Source: Phoronis australis (lineage: Eukaryota > Animalia > Phoronida). From it: 64,000 bases of DNA. Shown one piece after another: positions 40,699-53,544 of this stretch. A program made the translations under genes and the position numbers. Each line of letters opens with the position of its first letter. The stretch's first letter is position 1. Under the pieces are notes generated by a model. The model was given only the letters and a program-made list of their open reading frames with translations. It was not told the DNA's origin and ran no database searches. The DNA lies in assembly GCA_002633005.1 (NCBI GenBank), contig NMRA01000150.1, positions 136,246 through 200,245 of the forward strand, read 5' to 3'.

Positions 40699-42720
40699 GC
40701 CCTTCACAAAAAGCTAGCTGATGCTGAGAAGAGGATGGCTAACGGGCGTAATGGTGTCGATTCTGAGGCTACAAGCACAACTACGGAGACAGAACAGGCA
40801 GATGAACAACAAATGAATGGTGTTGACAGCTGCGACAGTGGGGACCACCACGATGACATCACTGACGACTGTGGGGAGTTGGCCAGCAATCATGCGGCAA
40901 ATGATGAGACTGTTGACGATGATGCCAATCTTGGAGACGATGAGCAGTCATCTTCTGATGACAGTGATGGTGATTCAGAAGATGAAGTGCCTGCACCAAG
41001 GTTTCTGGATGAGAAGCCGCTGCCGGAAGTTCCTCAGAGCCTTTCACCAGAGCCGCCTCTGTCGCTGCCTAGTCCTCGTCTGGCCACCAATGACAGGGGA
41101 GACATAGAAGAGGAGCCTCGCGTGTACAGCCCTGAACTACCGCTCCTGGAAAGAGAGATAAATAGCCCAGTTCCGGATGACTTCTATGATCACCATCCAA
41201 AGAGTCCAGAGCTGGGCAGTATTCACCCTGAAGAGGAACTACTGGGAGCAGTGGAGGAAGAGGAACATGGGGATGAGGTGGAGCAAGGAGAGGAGTGTGA
41301 GAGTCCTGGTGTGGATGACATACTTCAGAATGACAGCACCTTCCAGGACTTCAGTAGTGACGCTACGGTAGAGGACAATCTGGATACTGGCGACATACAA
41401 GAAGCGCTGGTGAAGGAGCTGGAAGACAATCTGGAACCGATGGATGAGAGTAGAGCATCTGAGGTGCTGCCTGATGATACTGTGACGCAGAATACTAGTC
41501 TGGAGCTTGCTGGTGTAGAGGCAGCACCGCCCCCTGCACCTCCACAGCAGCAGACCAGCAACCCAAGTTGTGGAGGCAGTTCTGCCGGTGGTGCTGGTGG
41601 TGTCTTGTATCAGAATTCACATGGCCTAATGACACCAGAGCATCAAACCATGGCATTGCAAGGACATGGGTTGCAGGCTGGTGGTGCCTATGGTACACCA
41701 GGTGTAGAGATCGATGTCACCACCCTAGGGCTGGAGTCCCCCACCTCTGTAAGCAGCTCAGAGATGCCGCACAGCAACAGCTCGGTTGAGAACACTCCAA
41801 CACCCCAGCAAGGCTATACAGACTGCGCCCAGATGCAATACCGAAACAATTCTACTTCCAACAGCTACATGGAGGCAGTGATGCCCCAGAGTGCCAGTGG
41901 CAATACTTCGTACATCGCACCTCCACCTCCAATGGCTAGCAATGCAGCTAGGTCGTATAGGTCTCCTCCACCATCATACAGCACTCAGAGGCTGTCGCAT
42001 CCTAGCAATTCCTGTGCAATACAGCAGCATCAGCAGCAGCAACAACATCAGCAACAGCAGCAGCAGCAACAGCAGCAGCAACAACAGCAGAGTCCTCGAG
42101 GGCCGCAAACTCCATACCAAAATTCGTCCAGTTGCAGCCTGGTTAAATTGCAGCAGCTCACCAATGGGATAGACTTCCTGCATGATGTCTCTATTACCAT
42201 GACCCCTCCACCAAATCTGACTCCTCCGCCTGCTGTCAACATGACCACACCCCCACCCGTCCGTCGCAATATCACGCCACCCAACCCCATACAGCCGCCT
42301 GTGCCGCCACCTCAGATGGTGTCCTCGCCACAGCACTACAAGCCGTATCAACGGCAGATGTCGCTACCAATGCAGCGGAGTGCAGCTAGTATGGCAGCGA
42401 TGAACGCTAATGCGGGCTTCGCACCGAATGTGACGCTTCAGCCTGGCTCCAACGTGATCACAGGATATAACCTGTTCAACCCATACCGCATGCAGCAGCC
42501 AGTGTTGAACATGAACGCCATGGCAAACCACCCACATACTGGCTACATCAACACTGCCACAGGTTTTATCCAGCAACCCATGCAAATGATGCATACAGCT
42601 GCCACCAACTTTCAGCCCAACTTTCAGCAGCAGATGCCAACAATGCAAATGCAGCAGACACAACCCAACAATGCCATCTACAGAACATACAGTTACTTGA
42701 ATGGCATGATGAGACGGTGA
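40699..42720 (+). CDS. KAT6: KAT6 terminal exon: acidic region, polyQ and Ser/Met-rich domain
   Basis: gtag acceptor in frame with the 661-aa ORF. Conserved motifs LESPTS, DCAQ, CSLVKLQQLTN, MTPPPNLTPPP and C-terminal LNGMMRR*. Confidence 0.95.
   Translation, partial: ALHKKLADAEKRMANGRNGVDSEATSTTTETEQADEQQMNGVDSCDSGDHHDDITDDCGELASNHAANDETVDDDANLGDDEQSSSDDSDGDSEDEVPAPRFLDEKPLPEVPQSLSPEPPLSLPSPRLATNDRGDIEEEPRVYSPELPLLEREINSPVPDDFYDHHPKSPELGSIHPEEELLGAVEEEEHGDEVEQGEECESPGVDDILQNDSTFQDFSSDATVEDNLDTGDIQEALVKELEDNLEPMDESRASEVLPDDTVTQNTSLELAGVEAAPPPAPPQQQTSNPSCGGSSAGGAGGVLYQNSHGLMTPEHQTMALQGHGLQAGGAYGTPGVEIDVTTLGLESPTSVSSSEMPHSNSSVENTPTPQQGYTDCAQMQYRNNSTSNSYMEAVMPQSASGNTSYIAPPPPMASNAARSYRSPPPSYSTQRLSHPSNSCAIQQHQQQQQHQQQQQQQQQQQQQQSPRGPQTPYQNSSSCSLVKLQQLTNGIDFLHDVSITMTPPPNLTPPPAVNMTTPPPVRRNITPPNPIQPPVPPPQMVSSPQHYKPYQRQMSLPMQRSAASMAAMNANAGFAPNVTLQPGSNVITGYNLFNPYRMQQPVLNMNAMANHPHTGYINTATGFIQQPMQMMHTAATNFQPNFQQQMPTMQMQQTQPNNAIYRTYSYLNGMMRR
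42022..42090 (+). repeat. CAG/CAA trinucleotide tract encoding polyQ within KAT6
   Basis: 23 codons: QQHQQQQQHQ14. Confidence 0.95.
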
Positions 42721-43087
42721 TGCACTCATCTCGCAGTGACACATGGTTTGAATAACGTGATCTAAACACGGGGTCACTTCAACAGCAGTGACATGGCGAC
42801 ACCGCAGTTTGGAGAAGTAAGCCTCATTCATTAGCAGGTTGGGAATCATCTTCACCTGTGATTACTTCAATGGGTATTGAGCAATTCTATTTAGTCATGC
42901 TATCAGGAGTAGGTTGAACAGAAATAATGGCACCTATATTATACTCGACGATTTCATCCCTATTGATGAGCCAATGCTAGTCTCACACCAATGTGTGTAG
43001 TCATTTGTTGGCAGTTTTAAATGCTTAGTTTCAATTTCTTAGTAGTTGAGGTCAGGATGTTATTTTGTGGTGCATTCACATTAGCCT

Positions 43088-43149
43088 TGTAAATACCTGA
43101 TGAGTGTAAATAGGAACTTTGTTAAATATTCGTTCAGGCTGTGTAAATA
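43088..43149 (+). promoter_or_regulatory. Three Pumilio-response-element consensus matches in the putative KAT6 3' UTR
   Basis: TGTAAATA at 43088, 43105 and 43142 (consensus UGUANAUA). Confidence 0.5.
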
Positions 43150-43884
43150 TAGATTGGTAAAAACTTGTGAGATCTTTGGTTGATTCTTACCGTTTTATGA
43201 TGTCCGCTATTTTAGGAGCAGTATTTCTTATCTTGCATCTCTGTTGACAAGTGACAACAATGCAAGTTTGTGTATATGTACCTACATTAAATGTATCAAC
43301 TTGGTCGTTTCCAAAGCTTGTTTTAACTTATGAACATTTGCTCTCGAGCAACTATGCTGTAATGTTATATTATTTCCGATTCAAAATTGTTCTACTTGGT
43401 GATCAAATGAACACTGTATTTTTAAGTGGAACCATTGTATATTGTAATTTGTAGGATGTAAGAGATACCTATTTAATCCTTAAAAATGATAGTTCTATAT
43501 TTTTGTGGTTCTAAGCCACTGTTATTGCATTAATTGTAATACAAGTTTATAAATTCCAAGGATTCCTTTATTTTTACACTGAACATTTCACGAGAGTAGT
43601 GTGAAAGAAACCAAACTGTGGGCTTGCATGACTGTGCTGCAACTTGAGACGGCTCCTGTTTGATGCTTAGGCATGGTACTTTATCTGTGCACTCGCCTAA
43701 CTTGTTGAAGACTAGTTGAAACCTGTGCCTCGTTTGGCTTGAAATATACAACACACATTGCCTCCTTCAAAGTAGTCTGTGCAATTAGGTTGATTCTTTG
43801 CAATGCTCTGGGATTAGAACACTACACCATTCTTGTAATTCCACTATGTACATGGTCAATGTTTTTATTCAGTTGTCCAACATG

Positions 43885-43935
43885 CTATCCAGAGCAGCCA
43901 CGACACCCACAGTGAACACACTCAACAATTTTTCC
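43885..43935 (-). CDS. BUD31: BUD31 (G10 protein) last coding exon
   Basis: cag|GKIVECVHCGCRGCSG*; AATAAA follows on the - strand at 43869-43864. Confidence 0.96.
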   Translation of the reverse strand, partial: GKIVECVHCGCRGCSG

Positions 43936-44324
43936 CTGCAATGAAAGTAAAGAACGAAACAATTTTTACCTAAAATAATACATAAACTATTAGAAATGAA
44001 AGAAAGATGTCGAAATTTTCTGAAGTATTATCCTTGAACTGAGTGAATCTATTCGATTGTGTTTTTGTGATGTAGCTTTGATCCACTGACAGTTTTTGTT
44101 GGACAATGCTCGTGTGATGTGAATAGAGATGAAACCAGTGAAACTTGTAGCATTCAATGTTTTGCGGTCGCTGCTACATCAAATTACAGCATCGTTGTTG
44201 AATGTTCAAACGATGTAAAAGAAGTGATCACAAAATATATGCAGCTTAAAGAAAGTACATTTCATCTATTCTTCACTGAGCTTGTCTGTCTCCACAAAGT
44301 GTTGGCAGGATTAAAGTTTAGTTT

Positions 44325-44725
44325 AAAAGATGTATTTACATGCTCCTTACTACGCTAATGTATATTAGGAACTAAACGACAATGCTATCATATCGTAATC
44401 TATGCCAAACAAAGTGCAGTTGTATTCACTGACAATTTGTCTATGTGAAAACAAAAAAGTCTGCAAATGGGTGACCTTTGCATTAATGATGCACCCCGCA
44501 GGCTCACATAGCCGGCATTATGCTGTGTTATTCCTCAGCACCATGTCATGGTACTTACTGGACACAGTTCATTGATTTGCTGTGGATCATTTTTGCCACA
44601 AAACACATTTTTAAAACTTTTGGCACTTTTCAACTTACTTCATATTCACATTATCGCTATATGTTGTGTTTCTAACTAATTTGGCCAAGCAATCACAGAG
44701 ATAACTAATTAGCCTGCAAGTTTCA
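44325..44725 (+). mobile_element. Solo fragment of the Academ-like internal sequence
   Basis: Homologous to 9942-10320 and 19225-19570. Confidence 0.7.
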
Positions 44726-45026
44726 CTGAAATCCACAATTCAATGAAGGTATGCACAAAAGAGATTGCACATGGTCTTCATGATAAATTGCATCAGACAA
44801 TGTATGGGTCACTAAGATGGACCACTAGTAAACTGAAGGTACAATCTGAAGCAACTAACACACTTCATTTCATGGCCTTGTAAGAGCATACAGCTGTGCT
44901 TTCACCAGAAAGACAATTTTTTGGTATTGGCCTGGGTAAAAATTCCCAGCTATCTTCTCATATAGCCGTATTTAAGCTTTAATCACTGTTTCCCTGGCTT
45001 CATTGAGCACGCAGCAATATACATAC

Positions 45027-45193
45027 CTCTTCCAGCTTACTCTTAGGAACCCTGCAGATGCAATTGGTGGCAAAGTTAGTGTCTCTCGTCTGTATACAGC
45101 GCAGACAACACAGATTTTCATAGCCTTGTTTCTTCCACTTGGCGATGAGATTTTTGTCTGCGTAGCCTTCCTTCAGGCAAAACTCGTACAACT
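45027..45193 (-). CDS. BUD31: BUD31 internal exon
   Basis: [56 protein letters not shown]; canonical splice sites. Confidence 0.97.
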
Positions 45194-45722
45194 CTGCAAT
45201 GAAGACCAGGGAGAGGATTCTTTTAAAACACCCACTATTGTTAATAAAAACAACAACGGATTTTAACCAGCTTGACACGTTTTGATGTTTATTGAAACAC
45301 CATAATCAGAAGAAAAAACATTGGCCACCTTGCTAGGCCCAACAACATGTAATGATACACAGACACAGTCAGTTACAGGGGAGTAACAATAGACTAGACT
45401 AACAATGACAACCTGTGGTCTGCTAGTTGGCACCAATTGATGTGTAGAGCCTCACAAATTTTAAGCTGCAGAACGTATGTGACAATAGTTAGCCAAATGA
45501 AATTCATCAAAACAAAACAATCATTTTGAAAAACTCGCATGGAAAATTGAGAGTTATCACCACAGAATATACTAAAAAAGCTACTTCCTGATGAAAAATA
45601 AATCCATCTATTCTTTGGAGCTTATGCTAAAAATTATCAATACTCTGAAGCCACCTGCCTTGTATTACAAAAGAGCTGAATCTGCCAAATCCGCTAACTT
45701 TAATGTAGACCTTCAGGTGGCC

Positions 45723-48009
45723 TTAAAGACACCGTCCAGCGGCTAAAACACCTTTTTGACACCAGAAATGCATGTATTGTTCATAAACAATATTGTTTTT
45801 GTTCTTACATAACACGGAAAGTAATTAACTGCGACGCAAATTACACCGCTCATAATTCGTCGCCCCTTCGAGCGCATCTGAAAAAATCTCAACCAATCAG
45901 CGTAAAGCGGTTCATATGACATCAACGTGGCCACGAATTTACTGGGGAGCCACACTGTGTAACAGCTGAGTGCCATTTCTTGGACGTTCTGCACTTGTCG
46001 ATCTCTAGGCTAAAAAGCCTCTTTGCGTGGTGTGCGGGTGTAGCAATGTCAGCGGCAATGGGATACATTTGCACAGCTTCCCCACCAATCACGTCGTGTG
46101 CCGTGCGTGGAATAGATCCGTATCCATGACAAGGCCTAGCGACAAAATTTTCCGATCGGCAAGATCCGATTTAGGCTTGGTGCAAAGTTGAATACAAAAT
46201 CTACCCGTCGATGTGGGTAAAAAGAACTAAATAAAATCTGACGCAGAAATAGTGTCATTAAAAGCTGCACCGCTCTTTGAGTAAACCAAATTATTTACCA
46301 GTGTTGGAAGAATTATCGTTCTAGGCCTACCGCTCATCTACTGCTAAAATTGAAATGCGCTCTTGGGAGTTGGCGTTTGGCGATTACGTCAACTGACCTG
46401 AACAGTTTCTTCTCCCCCCGGTTTATTCTTGTATCAACTGTTCTTTGCTGCCACGAGGTTGCGTACTGTCACGATGAATTGTCGGAACTGGTCTCATTTC
46501 GTTACAAGTTATCAGCATTTTTAAGACCAACAAACCAAATTTAGAACAAACTTTACTGCTGCGAAGCTGTTATCATGTCCCAAAAGTAGTCGCAAAATTT
46601 TAGTACGGCGCGTACGCGTTTCACAAGCGTACTGTTTCAAAAAGACAACAGACTTTCTTTGCTGGAAAACTCAAAAGGCCGAGAGTAATGCTAGAAAATG
46701 ACGTTTATTAGATTGTTCTTTCTTTAAACAACTGTCACTGAACGGGCAAGGTGAGTGTCCGAGATGTCTCCCAGATTTTGCATGCACCCCGGTCGTCGAT
46801 CATTGGCTCTGCGATATAAGTTTCACGACTAGTTGACTAACACAACTCATATCCGGTCTGTAGGTAGGCCTATGAAATTTCGTGATAGACTACAGTCTAT
46901 GGTCTATGGTTTAACAGAGCTCAAGTCACAGTGTTACCTAGCTGTATTTTGGCGATAGCCTTCGAACAGCTAGCTAGTTGGCTACAAAAAATCTGCAGTG
47001 TTTACTTCGACGTTTCGTGTCACTGTTCCGGCCCAGAGTATATTCTGTCTGATTTGGGTCGTTCCCGTAGGCCTAACGGAATTCTGATACTGAATTTAAA
47101 ACGTTCAATTGATTACAAATTCTTATGACTGGGTATGATTTAATGCAATACAGACTTTATTTCGTAGTTTTAATTTATTACAGACACGCACAATATTGTG
47201 TTGCTATTAAATTTTCATTTTTTTTTAGCTTGACCGATTACGGGTTGCAGCATTTCAAGGCGACTTATTTTGAAAATTGAGTTTCTAATATAAAATTTTC
47301 AATGAATTTGAATATAGTTGCATTGTACGAAAAGATCATACTGATATGTGCTGTAAGCCTAACGTTTCTAAATATTTTGCACCAACTTAAATGGCCCGTT
47401 GTCATCAATACCCATACGGGACACACACTGGACAGCCGTCCGTATTGGAATCGCGCAGCGTTCACACCTTCGGCTTCAACATCAAAGTTTTTGTATCAAA
47501 CAAATTACATTTTATAATAAACATTGGGAAATTGCTGATAACAATTCAGACGAAGCGTTTTGTTTTTCCGGATGTTTCAACGGCACCAGTCACACTCCCG
47601 GGGATTCCCATACGGGCCTGTATTAGAATGTGTGAATAAAAATTCTAAAGGTAGTGATTTTGATTAATTTTAATATTAACTGACATGAAATGAAAAATTA
47701 AGAGTGTTTCCTTGATTTTCCACGTATTTTGCACTTAATTAAAAAACGAGTCATCTCTGATTCCAATACTCTGGAGACACAGTGAAAGCCAAATTTGTTA
47801 TAACGATGATGTCACAGACTTCGATTAGTGCAAGCGCCGTCTCAATTTTTTTTGGCGCTAAATGGGGTTCGTGATGGGGCTACTGTATTGTCGAAGGCCT
47901 ACTTAATTAATGACTGGGGTATGCTATAACACAGTATTTTGATGTTTTTTATCAATAAATATATTTTAGATGTAAAAATAGTCATTTTGGCACCATACTT
48001 GGCCTTTAA
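45723..48009. mobile_element. Kolobok-like non-autonomous element (TTAA-bounded)
   Basis: TTAAAG...CTTTAA ends. Right subterminal region (GGCGCTAAATGGGGTTCGTGATGGGG) matches the left end of 58490-60856 in inverted orientation. Confidence 0.55.
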
Positions 48010-48255
48010 ACACACATGCAACCTTTCAATACTAAGTGTGGTAGTACAAGATTTAAGCACTCTGACTCCAGGTCCAGAGCACTAGAAATGGTTTCAAAAA
48101 GACTAACAGGAGTTAAGCATTTTTTTGCAAATTGGACTAATTCAACTACCCCCATGGAGTGCAAGTTCCAGAAAGATGTATGCTTCACTTTGGAAAAATG
48201 ATACTTTACACAAACCTATAGATAACGAGACTGACAATTGGAAGTTTTCACTCAC

Positions 48256-48378
48256 CTCTGCTAATAGCTTTCCTTCTGTAGAACAAGTCAAAAATATACC
48301 TAGACTTTTGGTGATGAAGTCTGAATATTGGCCACAGAGCTTCTACCTTCCTTTTACCCTCATGAGGATCTGTTTCAG
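48256..48378 (-). CDS. BUD31: BUD31 internal exon
   Basis: [41 protein letters not shown]; ttcag acceptor and gtgagt donor. Not present in the supplied ORF track. Confidence 0.96.
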
Positions 48379-48799
48379 CTGAAAGTTAAGCATTATAAAA
48401 ATGATAGGTTCACTCTACACATATACAGTTATATTAAAAACAAATATTATCTATTGAAATTGCATGCATGTTAACTGATTTAAGATTGTATCCTGCAATT
48501 TTAAGATTATACAGCCATACTAGTACAAAAGACCATTTTAAAAATGCTAAATCTATCTTGGAGATACATTTTTTATACATTTATTGCCCAGACAGTATCA
48601 CAAGGCCAGTCTGAGGTTGGGCGTCTCAGATCCAGCTTTTACAAAAGTTTATAATGTTAAACAATAAATATGTGTAAAGGCAATGAAATGTAACTGAACA
48701 GGGAAAAGAGGGACGAGGGAAGGACTTTCATCATTCATACACACTCACACTGTGCTGATATGGTGTCTGATAAAGTTATGCACAATGAAAAAAAAGACG

Positions 48800-50225
48800 A
48801 AGAAATCAAATAGAGAGCATACAATCAACTACAATAAAGAACAATAGATGGCGCAGCATGACGGACGAGTCATGTCTGTTCCCACATTCTAAAATAGGTG
48901 ACGCTATGTGACAGTCTGCAAAGCAAAGTTATGTTTACAATAAGTATTTGGCCTGGAATTGTACAGTCTACAGAGAGCTATGCCACAGTAGGACACTGCT
49001 GGCTAGGTCAGTCTGGGTCAACTAGGCATAACCAAAACAAAGTTAACTGAAAGCCAGCCAGCTGCGTGCATACGTGACCGAAGGAACAACGGTATCCGAA
49101 AATCTCGAATAATTCAAAAAGTAGACGTCTTAGCGCAAAATGGAAATCATCTTCTGAAAGCCCGTTCAAAACTCTATCTAAAATGGTAGATTGGCCAACA
49201 CGATAGCATTCATGTGACTAGCGAAGAAATCAAATAGAGCATAAAATCAACTACAATAAAGAACAATAGATGGCGCAACATGACGGTCCAGTCTACACTG
49301 GAACAGTGCTGGCTGGGTCAGTCTGGGTCAACTAGGCATAATCAAAACAAAGTGAACTGAAAGCCAGCCAGCTGCGTGCTTTCATATAGGTGACCGAAGG
49401 AACAACGGTATCCGAAAATCTCAAATAATTCAAAAAGTAGACGTCGTAGCGCAAAATGGAAAATATCTTCTGAAAGCCCGTTCAAACTTCTATCTAAAGT
49501 GGTAGTTTGGCAAAAATCCAAAAATTTTTCGAGAAAACTGAAAATTTGCCGTTTTTTTTTGAAATTCAAAGTCAAATAACTCGAAAACAGTAAGACTGAG
49601 AAATACGCTCTCGCAGACTTTTTGAAAGGCCATACTTCAAGGAATCCACATGCAAAAATTCACGTCATTTACTCTTCCCGTTAAAAATGCGACACCAGAG
49701 CGATTGAAACCGTGTGAACATGCGCCACAGCCGCCATCTTGAAAGTGACTTCCGGTTCAATACTTTTTTATAAAAGCTTATTAAACTCAACAAACACGTG
49801 ACCAGTTTGAAAGTGATTGGTTTACAATTGCGCCCTCTACAGGAGAAAACGTTTTTAGCCATATTTCGGGGTGCGCATGCGCCACGTCCAATATTTCTGC
49901 CATATTTGACCGGAAGTCAACGATTTTCTGCACAATTGTAGCACATGCGTTCTAGTATATTCGTACCGATTTTCAGCCATGTAGGTCGAAAAATGCGGCC
50001 TCTACGAGTATTTGACTGTGAAATCGGATACAAAATGGCCGCCACGTCCGCCATTTTGTATCCGATCATGACCAAAAACAATAGGCTTCTAGGATTTTCC
50101 GATCTACACGTTGTGTGCAAATTTCGTGAAAATCGGATCAAAATTGCGACCTGTAGAGTGCGAACAAAAAAAAAAACTTGACGACAGAGCAACATACTTG
50201 TCGGAATTTGAAGAATTCCGCCTAG
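48800..50225 (-). mobile_element. Second HINE/Helentron-like repeat with an internal duplication
   Basis: - strand head followed by CCGATTTTCACGAAATTTG-type core units; 48800-49200 is partly duplicated at 49223-49512. Confidence 0.45.
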
Positions 50226-50285
50226 TAAAAAGCAAAAATAATATACGCTATAATATAGGTACACAACACACAAATGTATCTATCC

Positions 50286-50317
50286 GTGTGTGTGTGTGTG
50301 TGTGCGTGTGTGTGTGT
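50286..50317 (+). repeat. (TG)n microsatellite
   Basis: Visible directly. Confidence 0.9.
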
Positions 50318-50414
50318 ATGTTGTTTCATTGAAAAGTAAGCTGTTCTTCGCCTTAGATAGTTTGTTCAACAAACTTTCGTAGTGTCTACATAAATGTCGT
50401 TCTTCAGATGGCAG

Positions 50415-50883
50415 CAGGCCTTTATGCAGCGTAGGTCCATTTGGACGCCCTAGCACTAATATGGATGCCCTAGCAAAGACGCCTAATGTATCATTTGGAC
50501 ACCTACTATCAATAAGAACCTTTCAAGTTAGGACACACACATTGTAATTTACTAGGAAGCCTATGAAGACTCACAGTGGTGGCTCTTTTTTTAAAGCAGG
50601 AAGAAATATACAAAGTTTATACAATGTTGCTATGCTCACACTTGGTTGATAGCATTGTAAAAGTCTTGGTCTACACAGTTTTTTTTAGTAAAAATGCTCA
50701 CTGCAGAAGGCTGCATTGTAAACTTAGATGTAAAAACCTTGGTCTATGCATTTTTTAAAAAAAAATTGTGTGTTTGGGAGGATTGCTGGGGTTGGGGTGT
50801 TAAGCGTCGGAATCATGGACGCCCTGGAATATTGAGAACCCCATTTTGAACACCCTATTTTCGAAATCCTGGATAAAGGCCTG
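50415..50883 (-). mobile_element. hAT-like MITE, family D, copy 2
   Basis: TIR CAGGCCTTTAT; perfect 8-bp TSD GATGGCAG; inverted homolog of 24734-25222. Confidence 0.9.
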
Positions 50884-51199
50884 GATGGCAGTTGAAATAG
50901 TAGATCGCCGAGCTTAAGTGGCATCACGAACACAAATATATGAGTATATATAAAATACACTGTACAAAACATTTCATAATAAAACAGTTGCTGTACTTGG
51001 ACTAGACTTCAGTCATCCAAGGCAAATAAATTTAAAATCATAAACGCTATCGTGTAAGATACATGAAACAAGAACAATGACATAAAACACCAATATAAGG
51101 TGGCATATACAAGAGCGCAATTACAGAAGGAATTGTCATGGAAATTAATGTAGTATAAAACGTAAAATTTAAATAAATACATATGTGTTAAAACATATG

Positions 51200-51790
51200 G
51201 AAATTATTTATATAACGACAAGGTACGATGGAACCCAGTATCTTGAGAATTTATGTCAAGAGTTTTTATTATTAAAGCTTCGATTAATTTCAAACAAAGA
51301 GTCAGGTTCGAAATACCTGACGATGGTATTGTCAACAATATCTGAACGAGAAATTTTCTGTTTGTGGTGTGTTTGAAAGTGATCTTTAATGAATCCATTT
51401 TGTAAATGCATAGATAAACAGCGAGAAGTGCAAGTTGTATAACCAACATACCTTGAGCAATCAGTGTTTGAACAAATACATTCGTTGTGAGGGCAATTGA
51501 ACTGATAAATCAAGTCAGTTTTGGCTAACACTCGGACAGATTTTGTGCACATATTGTTCATAACAACAAGATCTTAAGTTTGATGGTTTTGGTAGTATAT
51601 GATTAATGAAAGGCTATCTTCTGGCTAAATGGTCTTAACATTATTGTGGATGATCCGTTTTAAAACTCGTTCATATTCAATATAACGTGAATGGAATTGG
51701 TTGCAGTAGAATTGTGTTTTGGTACAACCATCTATTTATTTTAAATGCCTAGGCTTATGTAAGCGGCTGATGAAAAGCTTCATATTCATT
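51200..51790 (-). mobile_element. Penelope-like retroelement 3' fragment (GIY-YIG endonuclease)
   Basis: LIYQFNCP..C..YVGYTT..SRCLSMHLQNG; homologous to 54026-54600. Confidence 0.8.
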
Positions 51791-53134
51791 GCACCTAGCA
51801 GACTCCCTTAGAATAAGTGGCAAAAACTCGACACTGGTGTGCAGCAAGAGGCCGAGGGGGGGGCTTTGCGGTGTAAATTAGTAGTGATTGAGAGAGACTG
51901 AGGTGCGCAAAATTGGTGACGACCGAGGACGGCGTTAAACTGGTGACGATCAGAAGAAACGTCCCTTTTATCTGCCACGCATATCATGAGAAAATATTAA
52001 GGATTATCAGTTTCATTTCATCCACAAACAGATTTCACAAGTCAAAGTTTTCACTGTGGTTAAAAAGGTAATCGAACACAGATGTGTTATGTCACCTCAG
52101 TTGCATGAAGACGCGCCAGTGTATCCCTGAGTTAACATCGGGCATTTCAAAGGCTGTGGATGAGAAAGGTTTTAATTGTAAAAAACGGTTGGGTGAATTT
52201 GATGCTGGTAGCATTTGAAATGGCATTCGCTTTCTAGACAATGCCCTTATAATGTTAGTTAATCGTGTCTTCAGCCGCGCAGCACTGTACTATTCGACGC
52301 ATTCCCATCGTTTGCAGTAAGCCTAAACATGTTAAACGACAGCGCTTCTTCAACAATTCAGATGACTACCAGGACGACGAATTGGGATCACGAGTAGATG
52401 AGAAACTACTCATTTTACTATCATGAATTGTCTTTGTAATCTATTTTAGGTAATTGTTCACTCAAACTTTTCATGTTGAAACGGAACTTTCAGTTAATAT
52501 GGAAATAAATGTGTCAGAGCTAACTTGCGTTTCGGTTTGTAACCAGCAGACAATGCATGGATACGTTTAACAAACATAAATACATACTATGTTCTCGTCA
52601 TTGTTCATCACTTTCTACATTGAACTCGTTCCCACATCCATTACTGTTACGTTTAATGCAAAATTCGTTAAAATTGAGAAAGCGCATGTTTTGATGGTCG
52701 GGAACCCTCTTTGTGCCTCGAATACGCAAGTCCAGCTTTTTATTGGGAAACGATGCGTTGACAGCGCAAACTCGACATTTTTTATTGAGAAAACACATTT
52801 TTACAAAAGAGAATCAGTTGTCTGCAACGTTTCATGTGCGTCAACAACGCAAACCAGACCCTCTCATTGGAAAGCCCATATTTGTCACCAGGAAGACTCT
52901 TTTTTCACAACGCATCCCGATATTTCAAGTGAGATAGCGCATTTTTGAAAAGATTCCGTCACTCGCCGAAAACGGTTTTTGAGCATCGGCAATGCCAGCC
53001 GAATATTTCATATTGAGAAAGCGCAACTTGGCGGGAACGGTGTTTGTGCGTTGACAACGCACATTTCTTATTGAGAAAGCCAGATTTTCAAAAATCAATC
53101 GCACAGACAATTTGAGTCTCACTGACCTGCAATT

Positions 53135-53515
53135 ATACTGCTATCAAATGACCGAGCCAGCAATGTTGATACTACGACCACTCATCGAAATAATGTACAC
53201 CCACGAAATTCGGACACTAGCGCGGAAATCCAAATTAGTGGAGGTCCGCCAAATTCGGACACAAGAAAAATGATGTTTCGTGAGATTCGTCCAAGAATGA
53301 ATTTTTTCTATTGGAATTAATTTTTATACTGCTATCACATGACCGAGCCAGCAATGTTGATACTACGACCGCTCATAGAAGTAATGTACACCCACGAAAT
53401 TCGGATACTAGCGCGGAAATCCAAATTAGTGGAGGTCCGCCAAATTTGGACACAACAAAAATGATGTTTCGCGAGATTTGTCCAAGAATGAATTTTTTCT
53501 ATTGGAATTAATTTT
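53135..53515 (+). repeat. Tandem duplication, about 191 bp x2
   Basis: ATACTGCTATCA.ATGACCGAGCCAGCAATGTTGATACTACGACC... occurs twice in direct tandem. Confidence 0.9.
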
Positions 53516-53544
53516 CAGCATCCGAAAATCACGCGACTTTACCG

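Noticed and set aside
41974-42855. Antisense polyL/polyC and other long ORFs
   Set aside because: Shadows of the KAT6 polyQ and coding strand.
43096-43120. CTGATGAG..GAAC hammerhead-like words in the KAT6 3' UTR (also CTGATGA at 51767 and 57124)
   Set aside because: No paired stem II followed by GAAA; the 51767 instance is antisense to Penelope coding sequence.
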